Source of the DNA: Desulfurococcales archaeon
Lineage (GTDB): Archaea > Thermoproteota > Thermoprotei_A > Sulfolobales > NBVN01
Length of the DNA: 64,000 bases
NCBI GenBank assembly: GCA_015521325.1
Contig: WAOK01000001.1
Location: 73,782-137,781, forward strand
Direction of reading: 5' to 3'
This document shows positions 1 through 9,006 of this stretch, piece after piece. Position 1 is the stretch's first letter, and each line of letters opens with the position of its first letter. The notes under the pieces are model-generated. The model saw only the letters and a list, made by a program, of their open reading frames with translations, was not told where the DNA came from and made no database searches. The translations under genes and the position numbers were made by a program.

Positions 1-1047
1 CTTTATCTCGTACTTGGCGAGGTATCCTTTTTCTGCAAGCGTTGCTGGTGAGATGTAGTATATTATGCCTCCCATTAAGGGGAATAGTCTCTCATGTTCG
101 CCGTCTTCGCGCTCGGGCGTGGCCGAGAGACCCATCCTGAAGGGTGAGGGCATTCCGGTGGCTATTATTCGGAAGGTCTTCGCGGGTAGGTGGTGCACTT
201 CATCAATTATTAAGAGTGGGTAATCAGAGACAAACTCCATTAACTTCCTCGTAGCGCTCTGATACGTCGTTATCGTTATCGGTGTCTTTCTCTTTTCGTC
301 ACTGTAATAAAGACCGATCATTGAGGGTGTGGCGTCGGTGAACTGGAGTATTTTCTCTCTCCACTGCCTGACCTGCTCCTTAGTTGCGGCAACAATGAGT
401 GTACGTACCCCCACCTTAGCTATCGCCGCTGCTCCTACGATGGTCTTGCCAGCGCCTGTTGGTAAGGCTATTATTCCACTGTTTCTGTTCTTTAGCCAAC
501 GGCTCAGCGCCTCCTCCTGATAATCCCTAAGCTCCCCAGTGAACCTTACCTCGAAGTCACGGACGCCTTCAGCGGCCTTTACGTGTTTATCTAGACCCGT
601 TAGGTCGGTGATATCGGTTATTCCGGCTCTGCGGAGAGCCATTACGGTGTCCACGTACTTATAAGGCCAGGTCACGAATGCCCTGTATTTTCGATCATAC
701 CACAGAATATCCCTCAAATACCTGGAGTATATGTCCCCGAGCCTGCCGCTGGAGCGAAGGTAAATCATCTTTCCGTCGTATGAGAGCGTTACGGATATCT
801 GTGGCCCTGACTCAAGTTTCTTCTCTAGCCAGTCAACAAGGTCCGGATCGTAATCGGCTCCGACCTCGTCAAGGATAAGTAGTACGTCATCAACGCCGTA
901 ACCATTAGCTCTTATCCTCGTTAGGTCCAGGGCGTAAACGGATGCACCTCCTTCTCTGCCAACGTATCTGGCAACCCGAAGAAGCCTTCGGAAGTCATCG
1001 CTCTCTAGCCACCTCCTCACTCTAAAGGTGGGGCTCTCCTCACTCAC
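1..1047 (-). CDS. xpb: XPB/Rad25-type SF2 DNA helicase, N-terminal ~349 codons (3' part of gene lies beyond the window edge)
   Basis: Not in the ORF track because it runs off the edge. My translation of the minus strand from GTG 1047-1045 gives MSEESPTFRVRRWLE...LRDYQEEALSRWLKNRNSGIIALPTGAGKT (Walker A, + coords ~442-470)...LLIIDEVHHLPA (DEVH box)...RMGLSATPEREDGE...GYLAKYEIK. It stays open and in frame to position 1. Confidence 0.8.
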   Translation of the reverse strand, partial: MSEESPTFRVRRWLESDDFRRLLRVARYVGREGGASVYALDLTRIRANGYGVDDVLLILDEVGADYDPDLVDWLEKKLESGPQISVTLSYDGKMIYLRSSGRLGDIYSRYLRDILWYDRKYRAFVTWPYKYVDTVMALRRAGITDITDLTGLDKHVKAAEGVRDFEVRFTGELRDYQEEALSRWLKNRNSGIIALPTGAGKTIVGAAAIAKVGVRTLIVAATKEQVRQWREKILQFTDATPSMIGLYYSDEKRKTPITITTYQSATRKLMEFVSDYPLLIIDEVHHLPAKTFRIIATGMPSPFRMGLSATPEREDGEHERLFPLMGGIIYYISPATLAEKGYLAKYEIK

Positions 1048-1176
1048 TCCTTCCACCGCTCTAACCCCATTAATGCTAGTCGGGAATAATAGCGCGTTGT
1101 CGGGAAATGCTTTTATTGTAAACTTCCCATCTAAGATGCAATCAAAAACTGGACGAAGGTAGGGAGGTGAAGTGGC

Positions 1177-1473
1177 ATGTCGCAGCCCGGTCCAATATCC
1201 AGCAATGTGGTCCTGGTGGGCAAGAAGCCCGTCATGAACTATGTCCTGGCAACCCTAACCCTGCTGAACCAGGGAGTGAATGAGATCGTCATCAAGGCCA
1301 GGGGCAGGGCCATCAGCAAGGCGGTTGACACCGTCGAGATCGTGAGGAGCAGGTTCCTGCCCGGCAAGGTCGACATCAAGGAGATCAAGATCGGCAGCCA
1401 GACTGTCAGCACCGCTGACGGCAGGACCGCCAGGGTCTCCACCATCGAGATCGTCATCGAGAAGAAGGAGTAA
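1177..1473 (+). CDS. albA: Alba (Sac10b/Sso10b family) chromatin/RNA-binding protein
   Basis: Track ORF of 98 aa. [16 protein letters not shown]...[22 protein letters not shown] is typical Alba. A GGAGGTGA Shine-Dalgarno-like box lies just upstream. Confidence 0.95.
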   Translation: MSQPGPISSNVVLVGKKPVMNYVLATLTLLNQGVNEIVIKARGRAISKAVDTVEIVRSRFLPGKVDIKEIKIGSQTVSTADGRTARVSTIEIVIEKKE

Positions 1474-1513
1474 GGCCAGGGCCACGTTAGCTAGGCTGAC
1501 ATCACGCACCGAC

Positions 1514-1519
1514 TTTTTT
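1514..1519 (+). terminator. oligo-T tract downstream of albA
   Basis: A TTTTTT run lies ~40 nt after the albA stop. Archaeal RNA polymerase commonly terminates at oligo-T. Confidence 0.35.
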
Positions 1520-1582
1520 ACCGAACCCAACACAGCCACAATAACGCTTTATGTCTTCCCGCATGATCCAAGGGGCTGGCTC

Positions 1583-2290
1583 GTGAGAAACAAGCCACTA
1601 ATACATTACCTAAGGTCACTGTCTCACCCAGCGCTTCAAATTGCCCTAGACTTCACAGAAGACTGGAGGGCTGTATCCTTAGCGTCAGCTCTCTCCCGCG
1701 CAGGACTCGGCGAGGGTGTTATTGTCGAGGCTGGGACGCCTCTGATAAAATCGGCGGGAAAGCGTGTTGTGAGACTCCTGAAGGCAGTGACTACGTACCC
1801 TGTCCTTGCTGACACAAAAACAGCTGATGTTGGCGCACTTGAGGCCCAGCTGTTTTGTGAGGAAGGTGCTTCGGCGGTAACTGTGCTTGGAGGGGCGAGC
1901 AAATCTACAGTAAAAGACGCATTAAGGGCGGCTAAGAGGCTTGATTGTTTCGTCATCGTGGATACTGTTGATATAGAAATTGGTCTCGTAGAGAGGGTTA
2001 AGGAGCTAGTGTCATTGGGTGTTGAGGCGGTGAATATTCACATGGGTATAGACGTTCAGAGGGCGACGGGGGGTTCGGTCACGGATCTGTTGGGGCTTAT
2101 TTCGGAGATTAGGGAGGTGGTACCTATCCTCTCGGTTAGTGGGGGGATTAAGCTGAAGGACATACCGCGACTCGCGGAGGTATCTCCTGATGTGATAGTT
2201 GTGGGCTCGGCCATAACGCGGGCAGGTGATCCTGTCGCTTCAGCAAAGGAGTTCGTGATGAAGATACGTGAGGTTTTTAAGAATAGATGA
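1583..2290 (+). CDS. 3-hexulose-6-phosphate synthase-like protein (OMP-decarboxylase/KGPDC TIM-barrel family)
   Basis: Track ORF of 235 aa with a GTG start. LQIALDF...VIVEAGTPLIKSAGKRVVRLLK...VLADTKTADVGALEAQL...GASAVTVLG matches the HPS/KGPDC motif pattern as I remember it. Confidence 0.65.
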   Translation: MRNKPLIHYLRSLSHPALQIALDFTEDWRAVSLASALSRAGLGEGVIVEAGTPLIKSAGKRVVRLLKAVTTYPVLADTKTADVGALEAQLFCEEGASAVTVLGGASKSTVKDALRAAKRLDCFVIVDTVDIEIGLVERVKELVSLGVEAVNIHMGIDVQRATGGSVTDLLGLISEIREVVPILSVSGGIKLKDIPRLAEVSPDVIVVGSAITRAGDPVASAKEFVMKIREVFKNR

Positions 2291-2636
2291 GGTCAACCCG
2301 TACCCAATGGGGCACTGCTTGAGCGATTACCTTGTGCTGGCGATTTCGCTCCTGCTCATAGTTGTGGTAGCCACTGGGCTGGACAGGAGGGTGAGCGAGC
2401 GACTCTTTAGGAGAGGCTATAGTAGCATTCCTCGTTCTGCGCCCCAGATTGATGGGAGGGGTGTGTATGTCCGGAATGTTAAGGCTGTGAGGGTCGGAAG
2501 GTACGTGATCTTAACTGTTGTTCTGGAAAAACCTGGTGAGGGGGTTGTATCTGATGTCGAGATCAGCGACCCGATAGGGTTGTCTACTCTGGCGCTGCTC
2601 GAAGAGAGCGAGGCGGGGAACGAGGTTACTTCATAA
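2268..2636 (+). CDS. hypothetical small membrane protein (start uncertain, possibly ATG 2307)
   Basis: This is the only long ORF filling the 335-bp gap between the HPS-like gene and TIP49. It has one hydrophobic helix (LVLAISLLLIVVVATGL). No family was recognised. Confidence 0.25.
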   Translation: MRFLRIDEVNPYPMGHCLSDYLVLAISLLLIVVVATGLDRRVSERLFRRGYSSIPRSAPQIDGRGVYVRNVKAVRVGRYVILTVVLEKPGEGVVSDVEISDPIGLSTLALLEESEAGNEVTS

Positions 2637-3990
2637 ACAGTTCCTCATATTTTCTCACTAACTCTGTGCTCTCCTTAACATCGGCGAAGATTGACGCTGC
2701 CTCATCGACATCATCCCTAGTCACTTCATCCCTACCCTTCCTTCCAGCGATTATCTTGGCCGGTATCAGCAGCTGCACTGCGTATCTCAGGCTCTTCTCC
2801 TCTCCTAAGTCAGCGAGTCTCTGGAGTGCGTCATCCGAGAGTTTTATTCCTTCCTCATCAGCCCTTATCCTGACTATCTCGAGGATCTCGTCCCTAGTGT
2901 AGGGCCTCGTGGGTATTATGAGCAGCCTATCAAGCAGGTCGAGAGGTATTCCGTGAGGGGACTCGATGTCAGTCCCCCTTATCTTCGATATCCCCCTGTT
3001 AGTCGCCAGTATCAGTATAGGCGAGAACTCGCTCTCAAGCACCTTCGTAAGGAAAGTGAACGCCTCTAAGTCGAGGATGTGGGCATCGTCTATGAACAGC
3101 ACTCCCGGAACTATCTCGGCCTTGCCCTCATCGATCATCTTCTTAACCAGCTGGTTGACGTTTTTCCTTACCTCCTCATCGATCTCCTTCTCCAGCTCAA
3201 CGCCGAAGAGGGCTGAGAACGTTATTCTCCTGCTGGCCACCACGAGGTCCAAGTCGTGGAGGGTCACGAGCCTCGTTATCTCCTTCACCTTCTTTACAGG
3301 CCCCTTCGGGATCTCGACCTCCCTCCTGACCTCTATGTCGAACCTTCGTCTTGAGGCAAAGTCCTTAGCCCGACCTATCCTAGTAACTATGCCTGTTTCT
3401 GCATCGATCTGAATTATGTCTCCCTTCTTGATGCGGAGTTCGACGAGTTGAGTGGTTATCTCCTCACCAACGGACAGGGTCTTTCGGTCGTTCTTTGTTG
3501 CTAGCGTGATCCTTGCCTCAACCGGTACCCTCACGTATGGGTTGAACGGGTTCTTGACGAACCGTATCTTTAGTTCCTCAACAACGCCCTCATAGACCTC
3601 CCTCTCCTCCTTGATCCTTACACCCATAGCTTTCCTCACGGCCCTCATGAGGGCCTCAGTCTTCTTGATCTCTGCTGAGTAGATCTCGGCACCGCTTATG
3701 GAGACGAAGGGCGTATCCTCACCGAGTTCCCTGGCTATCGCAACCGCCAGCGCGGTCTTCCCTGTCCCGGGCGGCCCAACGAAGAGGATGCCCTTACCGG
3801 TCATCATCCCCGCCCTTATCATCTCCACCACGATCCCTGCCGCCTTCCTGGCCTCCACCTGTCCTACCAGCCCGTCAGCCACTCTCAGCGGGTTACCGTT
3901 CTCGTCGAGGCCGAGACCCCTTATGTGGCTGTGCAGAGACGATACGGCGGATGCCCTATGCTTGACCTCGAGCTCACGGATCTCAACCAT
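2626..3990 (-). CDS. TIP49/RuvB-like AAA+ ATPase (archaeal homologue of eukaryotic RuvBL1/2)
   Basis: Track ORF of 454 aa. HSHIRGLGLD...GLVGQVEARKAAGIVVEMI...GILFVGPPGTGKTALAVAIAREL (Walker A)...VLFIDDAHILD (Walker B-like). The layout matches TIP49 with an inserted domain II. Confidence 0.85.
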   Translation of the reverse strand: MVEIRELEVKHRASAVSSLHSHIRGLGLDENGNPLRVADGLVGQVEARKAAGIVVEMIRAGMMTGKGILFVGPPGTGKTALAVAIARELGEDTPFVSISGAEIYSAEIKKTEALMRAVRKAMGVRIKEEREVYEGVVEELKIRFVKNPFNPYVRVPVEARITLATKNDRKTLSVGEEITTQLVELRIKKGDIIQIDAETGIVTRIGRAKDFASRRRFDIEVRREVEIPKGPVKKVKEITRLVTLHDLDLVVASRRITFSALFGVELEKEIDEEVRKNVNQLVKKMIDEGKAEIVPGVLFIDDAHILDLEAFTFLTKVLESEFSPILILATNRGISKIRGTDIESPHGIPLDLLDRLLIIPTRPYTRDEILEIVRIRADEEGIKLSDDALQRLADLGEEKSLRYAVQLLIPAKIIAGRKGRDEVTRDDVDEAASIFADVKESTELVRKYEELFMK

Positions 3991-4099
3991 TCCCCGACCC
4001 CCGTAGGCTACTTTCAGACGCGCTCGGGTTATAGTTTTCTCTCCATGGACAGGTTAGGTTATTAGGGAACACCTAGGATAATGGAATAAGGGTGATACG

Positions 4100-4570
4100 T
4101 TGTCCCAGCCGAGTAAGGGCGGGAAGGAACTAAGGATAGTTACCGTCCCCGTGGTAACCGTGGACGACGTTAAGCAAGATAAGAGAAAGCTCAAGCTCCT
4201 GCACATCCTTGACTGGGTTGGCGAACTCAGCGAGAAAGGGATCGTTAAGCTCCTTCATACGCTTAAGGAGAAAGGTATAGACCTAGGCTACAACTTCATA
4301 ATGATAGGCGACGAACCGAGTAGCCGTGAGGTGTTGGAGGACGTGCGAATCCTTCTGTACCTGGACCTAGCCGAGACCAATCCAATAAATAGGAAGGTGA
4401 GGCTGACGTCGATAGGGAAGGAGTTCTTGGAGGCGAATAAGCTCCCTGAGGAGGAAATAGAGGACCTCAGAAAAGCTGTTGATGAGGTCAAGGAGAGGAT
4501 AAAGGCGGAGGACAATGTCAGCACGCTCCCCCTAATGAGGGGTAGGAGAAGGCGTAGGAGGAGGTTCTGA
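4100..4570 (+). CDS. hypothetical protein with poly-arginine C-terminus
   Basis: Track ORF of 156 aa with a TTG start. It ends in MRGRRRRRRRF. No family was recognised. It is divergent from TIP49. Confidence 0.4.
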   Translation: MSQPSKGGKELRIVTVPVVTVDDVKQDKRKLKLLHILDWVGELSEKGIVKLLHTLKEKGIDLGYNFIMIGDEPSSREVLEDVRILLYLDLAETNPINRKVRLTSIGKEFLEANKLPEEEIEDLRKAVDEVKERIKAEDNVSTLPLMRGRRRRRRRF

Positions 4571-4575
4571 AAGCG

Positions 4576-4980
4576 TTACCTCTCCACGTTCTCCTCAAAC
4601 CAGCGCCTCAGGCTCTCGTAGGTCTCATGGGGTATGGCACCTTTTATCTTCTCAAGGAACTCCTTCTCCCTCTTAGCCCTCTTCCTAGCCCTCATCTTCA
4701 GTGGGTACATCTCAGGTATGGAGTTAATCACCGGGAACCACGCACCGCACTTACCGCACCTGATCACCCCCGTAACTATCTCTACCCTCAGGCATGAGTC
4801 ACAGTCAGGTGCCTCCTCTAACTCATCAACGAATTTACCCAGGTAGGAGCAGTACTTACTGCAGAAGGGCTTCTTCACGTTGTATGCCTTGCTGACCTCG
4901 TGCTTCTCTATGACGATCAGTTCCAGCGGGTAATGGCCGCAGTACGGGCACCTTATTAGGTCAAGGAGTTGATACCTCAT
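4576..4980 (-). CDS. Trm112-like zinc-ribbon protein
   Basis: Track ORF of 134 aa. The N-terminal LLDLIRCPYCGHYPLEL and the later IRCGKCGAWFPVINSIPEM resemble the split Trm112/DUF343 zinc ribbon. It overlaps the upstream gene's stop by 4 nt. Confidence 0.5.
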   Translation of the reverse strand: MRYQLLDLIRCPYCGHYPLELIVIEKHEVSKAYNVKKPFCSKYCSYLGKFVDELEEAPDCDSCLRVEIVTGVIRCGKCGAWFPVINSIPEMYPLKMRARKRAKREKEFLEKIKGAIPHETYESLRRWFEENVER

Positions 4981-6365
4981 TGCCCCGCACCAAGTACCTT
5001 CATTATCTCTGATTTTATCTTCCTAAGCAGTTCCTCGGCCTCCTTCTCAGTCGGTGACTCAACAAAGATCCTCAACACTGGCTCAGTGCCTGAGGGCCTC
5101 ACAAGAACCCAGTTACCGTCCCATATCGCCTTTACTCCGTCAACCTCAATGAACCTAGCGCCCTCCAGCATGGACTTCACGGCCTCAAGTACCTTGGGCA
5201 CCACCTCCCTGTTAGGCAACGGCAGCTTATCCTTGATTAGGTACCTCTTAGGCAAGGAGTCGTACGCCTCAGACAGCTTCACCCTCTCCCTCGCCAGGAA
5301 CTCCAGCATGAGCGCCGTAGTCATAGCGCCGTCCCTCACGTACTGGTGCGGCGGGAACATGAAGCCACCGTTCTCCTCAAACCCCGCCAGCGCACCTATC
5401 TCCATCATCTTCCTCGCTATCACTATCGAGCCCACACGGGTCCATACAACCTCAATGCCTGAGGACCGGAGGTATTCCTCGATAAGGGTGCTCGATGAGA
5501 CCGCCGTCACCACCCTCCTCGGCAGGCCGGGCCTGGTCTCAGCTATGTGCTTGCAGAGCAGGGCAGCGCTCCTGTCGCCAGGCATCACTCTCCCACGATC
5601 ATCTATGAATATGGCCCTGTCCGCGTCCCCGTCATGAGCGACTCCGAAATCCGCTCCTACAGCCGTAACTATCTTGGAGGTGTCGTTCAACGTGTTAGGT
5701 AATGGCTCCGGCTCCCTGTAAGGTATGTGGGAGAGGTCTGAGTTTATCGTTAGGACCTTTACACCGAGTCTCCGAAGGACCCTCGGCGTGGTTAAGGCGC
5801 CGACGTTATTGGCGGTGTCGACAACTACCCTCCATTCCCTCCTCTTTATGAGTTCGTCATCGACCTGAGACACAATGCCGTCGACGTAGAATTCTATAGC
5901 ATCGTCCAACCTCCTTACTCTCTCGCCCAGAGAGGCCCAGCTCACCCTCCGGAACCTCTCCTCCCAGTACGCTCTCTCTATCTCCGCCTCAACCTCCCTC
6001 GGTGCCTCGACGCCGTCGCTGAGCACGACCTTCACGCCAACGTACTCCGGCGGATTATGGGATGCTGTTATCATCACACCACCCTCGAACCACCTTCTAC
6101 GAACATTGTACTGAAGCGCCGGCGTCGGTAGAAGACCGGCATCATAGACCCTGAGGCCACTGGAAATTAGCCCAGCCATCACCGCTCTCACCATGAACTC
6201 GTTGCCCGCTCTAGCGTCCCTTCCAACAACTATCTCCGCGCCCTCACCGAAGTATGACCCGATAGCGAGTCCCAGCCGTAGGGCACGCTCCGGAGTAAAC
6301 CACTCGTTAACAATCCCCCTGACACCGTCGGTACCGAATAGCCTCCTCACCGCTTGACACCACAT
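4977..6365 (-). CDS. glmM: phosphohexomutase (phosphoglucosamine/phosphomannomutase family)
   Basis: The track ORF extends to 6479, but the family N-terminus RRLFGTDGVRG lies just after ATG 6365 (alternative GTG 6350). The active-site loop ITASHNPPEYVG is present, as are GADFGVAHDGDADR and the C-terminal VRPSGTEPVLRI. Confidence 0.9.
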   Translation of the reverse strand: MWCQAVRRLFGTDGVRGIVNEWFTPERALRLGLAIGSYFGEGAEIVVGRDARAGNEFMVRAVMAGLISSGLRVYDAGLLPTPALQYNVRRRWFEGGVMITASHNPPEYVGVKVVLSDGVEAPREVEAEIERAYWEERFRRVSWASLGERVRRLDDAIEFYVDGIVSQVDDELIKRREWRVVVDTANNVGALTTPRVLRRLGVKVLTINSDLSHIPYREPEPLPNTLNDTSKIVTAVGADFGVAHDGDADRAIFIDDRGRVMPGDRSAALLCKHIAETRPGLPRRVVTAVSSSTLIEEYLRSSGIEVVWTRVGSIVIARKMMEIGALAGFEENGGFMFPPHQYVRDGAMTTALMLEFLARERVKLSEAYDSLPKRYLIKDKLPLPNREVVPKVLEAVKSMLEGARFIEVDGVKAIWDGNWVLVRPSGTEPVLRIFVESPTEKEAEELLRKIKSEIMKVLGAGQ

Positions 6366-6423
6366 AATGGGTATGTCGAAAAAGAAATATTGCATGCAGT
6401 CCCGGGTAAGCCGGGCCAGTGAC

Positions 6424-7470
6424 TTGAGGGTATGGATAGACGTCATGACGCCGAAGCAGGCAACAATGTTCGGCTTCATAGCAAAGTACCTGATGGAGAG
6501 AAGACATGAGGTTCTCTTTACAGCCAGGGAATACGAGTCAACCGTTGGAGCAGCTCAACGGCTAGGGATAGAAGTACATGTCGTAGGGAAGTACGCTGAG
6601 GGCGAGCCCGTAGATAAGGTCGTGGCAGATGCCGAGAGGGAGGCAGGACTGGCCAGACTCGTGTGGGACTTCAGACCCGACGTACTTATCGCTTACCCAG
6701 ATCCCCCTGCCGCTAAGGTCGCTTATGGACTCGGCATAAATTATGTAGCCTTAACGGACTCTCCCCACGCTGTGATACCATCCAGACTCGCTCTCCCGCT
6801 TGCTCGGGCAATAATATTCTCTGCATGCATTCCCCCCGATGCCGTAAAGAAGTACCTAACAGATGACGTGGCTATTATCCAGTATAATGGCTTTGATGAG
6901 CTGAGTTGGGTATTGCGGGTAAGACCTAGCGAATCTTATGTGAGGGATCTGGGCCTGGAGCCTGGAAGATACGTCATTATCAGGCCTCACGAGTTCATGG
7001 CAACATATTACAGGGGTGTGAGGGCATCGGTCGACCCGTGGGCGCTGGCGAGGTACGTGTGTAGAGAGATGAAGATGGATGTTGTGATAATACCAAGGTA
7101 TACAGCTCATGCGAGAAAGGCTAACTCACTAAAGGAGGAACTGGGGGACTGTGTCCACGTTCTCTTAGGGCACTATGATGGGGCCTCGCTCACGGGGCAC
7201 GCTTACGCGGTAATTACAGGCGGTGCCAGTATGGCTAGGGAGGCAGCACTCTATGGCACGCCAGCAGCCATATACTACCCGAGAAGGCTGTACGTCGATG
7301 AATGTATAGCGAGACATGGGTTCCCTCTCGTCTGGGGAAGGAGTGATGGCGAGGTCAGGGAGTTCTTGATGAAGGCAGGGGATCTCAAGAGGGATACGTC
7401 GGCACTACTGAGTGGGTTAGATGACCCTGCTGAGGTTGTGGCGGAGGTGCTGGAACGGGTTGTCGGGTGA
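6424..7470 (+). CDS. DUF354-family protein (GT-B/epimerase-like fold, function unknown)
   Basis: The track ORF starts at 6367. The family-typical N-terminus (M)RVWIDVMTPKQATMF...RRHEVLFTAREYE begins at TTG 6424. That start leaves an A/T-rich ~60-70 bp divergent promoter region shared with glmM. Confidence 0.6.
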   Translation: MRVWIDVMTPKQATMFGFIAKYLMERRHEVLFTAREYESTVGAAQRLGIEVHVVGKYAEGEPVDKVVADAEREAGLARLVWDFRPDVLIAYPDPPAAKVAYGLGINYVALTDSPHAVIPSRLALPLARAIIFSACIPPDAVKKYLTDDVAIIQYNGFDELSWVLRVRPSESYVRDLGLEPGRYVIIRPHEFMATYYRGVRASVDPWALARYVCREMKMDVVIIPRYTAHARKANSLKEELGDCVHVLLGHYDGASLTGHAYAVITGGASMAREAALYGTPAAIYYPRRLYVDECIARHGFPLVWGRSDGEVREFLMKAGDLKRDTSALLSGLDDPAEVVAEVLERVVG

Positions 7471-8299
7471 GATAAGATTTCTTGGGTCGCTCTGGTATAA
7501 GGAACTTTCAAATCCCTACGAATCCCTCAATAAGACCGTGCTGGCGGGCTTCGACGGCGCAGAGGTCAGCATAGAGTACCCTCTGCTTGACGAGAAAGAG
7601 GTTGACGTGAGCGCTCTCTTTGACTTCTCCAGGAACTACTATCTCGGTGTGCACCTACCGTGGAGGGATGTTAATCTAGCCTCACCTATCCCGGAAATAA
7701 GGGATGGCGCACTCAAGTACCTGCGGAGGGTTATCTCGGTACTGGACAAGGCCGAGCCTCAGTACTATGTACTCCACGTGACCACAGCATCGATTGGGTG
7801 TAGGAACAGTATAAGATGCGTGGAAAAGGCGGCCAATGCCTTGACTGTGCTAGGGAGAGAGACGGCCGCGAAAATTATCGTTGAAACTACTTCAGGCCCC
7901 TGCTGCGGCAATCTCTCGACAATAGGGTTGCTCGTGGATGAGACTGAGGGTGTGGGGGTATGTCTCGATATAGCACAGTTGGTGGCTGAGGTGCTCAGGG
8001 AGGGTGAGGAGGGATATGGAAGACTTGTAGATGAAGTGATTGAGTCCCTGCCCCCTAATGTCTGGGATGCTGCGGAACTCACCCACATACACGGGTGGGA
8101 AATTCGTGGGAGAAGGGTGCTCCCTCATAGGTATCCTTCGGATGAGCAGATAGCGGCGTTGAGGAAGTTCCTTAGGTCGGTGAGTGAGAGGACTGGGAGA
8201 CTCGTGGCGGTCTTCGAGGTCTTCTATGACTCACGGGGAAACACCGTGCACTCATGGGAACTAAGCCCTCTTCTCCGCGAGATCGCTCGGGGGATGTGA
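7421..8299 (+). CDS. xylose-isomerase-like TIM-barrel protein (sugar phosphate isomerase/epimerase / AP-endonuclease-2 superfamily)
   Basis: Track ORF of 292 aa. The pattern GVHLPW...NLAS...YYVLHV...IVETT...CLDIAQ...THIHGW matches the metal-ligand spacing of this fold. The true start is probably downstream of 7421, because that start overlaps the DUF354 gene's 3' end. Confidence 0.5.
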   Translation: MTLLRLWRRCWNGLSGEIRFLGSLWYKELSNPYESLNKTVLAGFDGAEVSIEYPLLDEKEVDVSALFDFSRNYYLGVHLPWRDVNLASPIPEIRDGALKYLRRVISVLDKAEPQYYVLHVTTASIGCRNSIRCVEKAANALTVLGRETAAKIIVETTSGPCCGNLSTIGLLVDETEGVGVCLDIAQLVAEVLREGEEGYGRLVDEVIESLPPNVWDAAELTHIHGWEIRGRRVLPHRYPSDEQIAALRKFLRSVSERTGRLVAVFEVFYDSRGNTVHSWELSPLLREIARGM

Positions 8300-8964
8300 G
8301 AGTGGGGAAATGCCTCGTTCTCGGTGTTGATGAGGCGGGTCGGGGACCGGTAATAGGTGATATGTTCCAGGTCGGGGTAGCAGCTAGGGAGGAAATCATC
8401 AAGTCGATCTTTGAGGGTAATGTTAGGGACAGCAAGAAACTCAGTCCTAGGAGGCGTGATGAATTAGCCCAGGTAATATTGGAGCACGCAGAATTTGTCG
8501 TTATTAACAGATTCCCTCCTAAAGTCATTGACTCATGGAACCTGAATAGGTTGCTCGGCTGGGGCCTAACAAAAATCGTTGCTACTGTGGAAACTATCGC
8601 GCCATGCGTTGATGCCGTGTTTATTGACGAGATTAAGGGGGTGAGCCTAGCCCCACTCAAGCAGTTGCTGCCCGGCTCAAGAATAGTTATGGAGGCTGGT
8701 GCTGATTCACGTTATGCCGTTGTGGCTGCTGCCTCGATAATCGCTAAGTTCCTGCGAGAACGGCACGTCGATGCACTGCACGCTGTGTACGGCGACTTCG
8801 GCTCAGGTTACCCCTCGGATCCGAGGACAAGGTCTTGGCTAATTCGCTCGGGTAGCGATCTTCCCCCGATAGTGCGTAGGTCGTGGAAGACGCTTAAGAG
8901 GCTGGGCCTTGGTGGCGGCGGTCTTACTAAGTTCTTTAAGTCTGGGAGAAGTGATGAGTCCTAG
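8296..8964 (+). CDS. rnhB: ribonuclease HII
   Basis: The track ORF runs from 8254. A GTG at 8296 overlaps the upstream stop (GTGA) and gives (M)RVGKCLVLGVDEAGRGPVIGDM. Further RNase HII motifs are DSKKLSPRRR and YAVVAAASIIAK. Confidence 0.9.
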   Translation: MRVGKCLVLGVDEAGRGPVIGDMFQVGVAAREEIIKSIFEGNVRDSKKLSPRRRDELAQVILEHAEFVVINRFPPKVIDSWNLNRLLGWGLTKIVATVETIAPCVDAVFIDEIKGVSLAPLKQLLPGSRIVMEAGADSRYAVVAAASIIAKFLRERHVDALHAVYGDFGSGYPSDPRTRSWLIRSGSDLPPIVRRSWKTLKRLGLGGGGLTKFFKSGRSDES

Positions 8965-9006
8965 GAGGGACGAGGTTTAGGCTCGTAGAGTGAGCGGTGA
9001 TGCGGT

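Noticed and set aside
1239-1539. Two minus-strand ORFs (72 and 94 aa) inside or opposite albA.
   Set aside because: They are antisense shadows of a highly conserved gene.
6366-6479. An N-terminal 38-codon extension of the phosphohexomutase ORF, and the 6367 start of the DUF354 ORF.
   Set aside because: The family N-termini (RRLFGTDGVRG and RVWIDV) begin later. The extensions overlap each other, would leave no room for divergent promoters, and cross an A/T-rich box (6374-6395).
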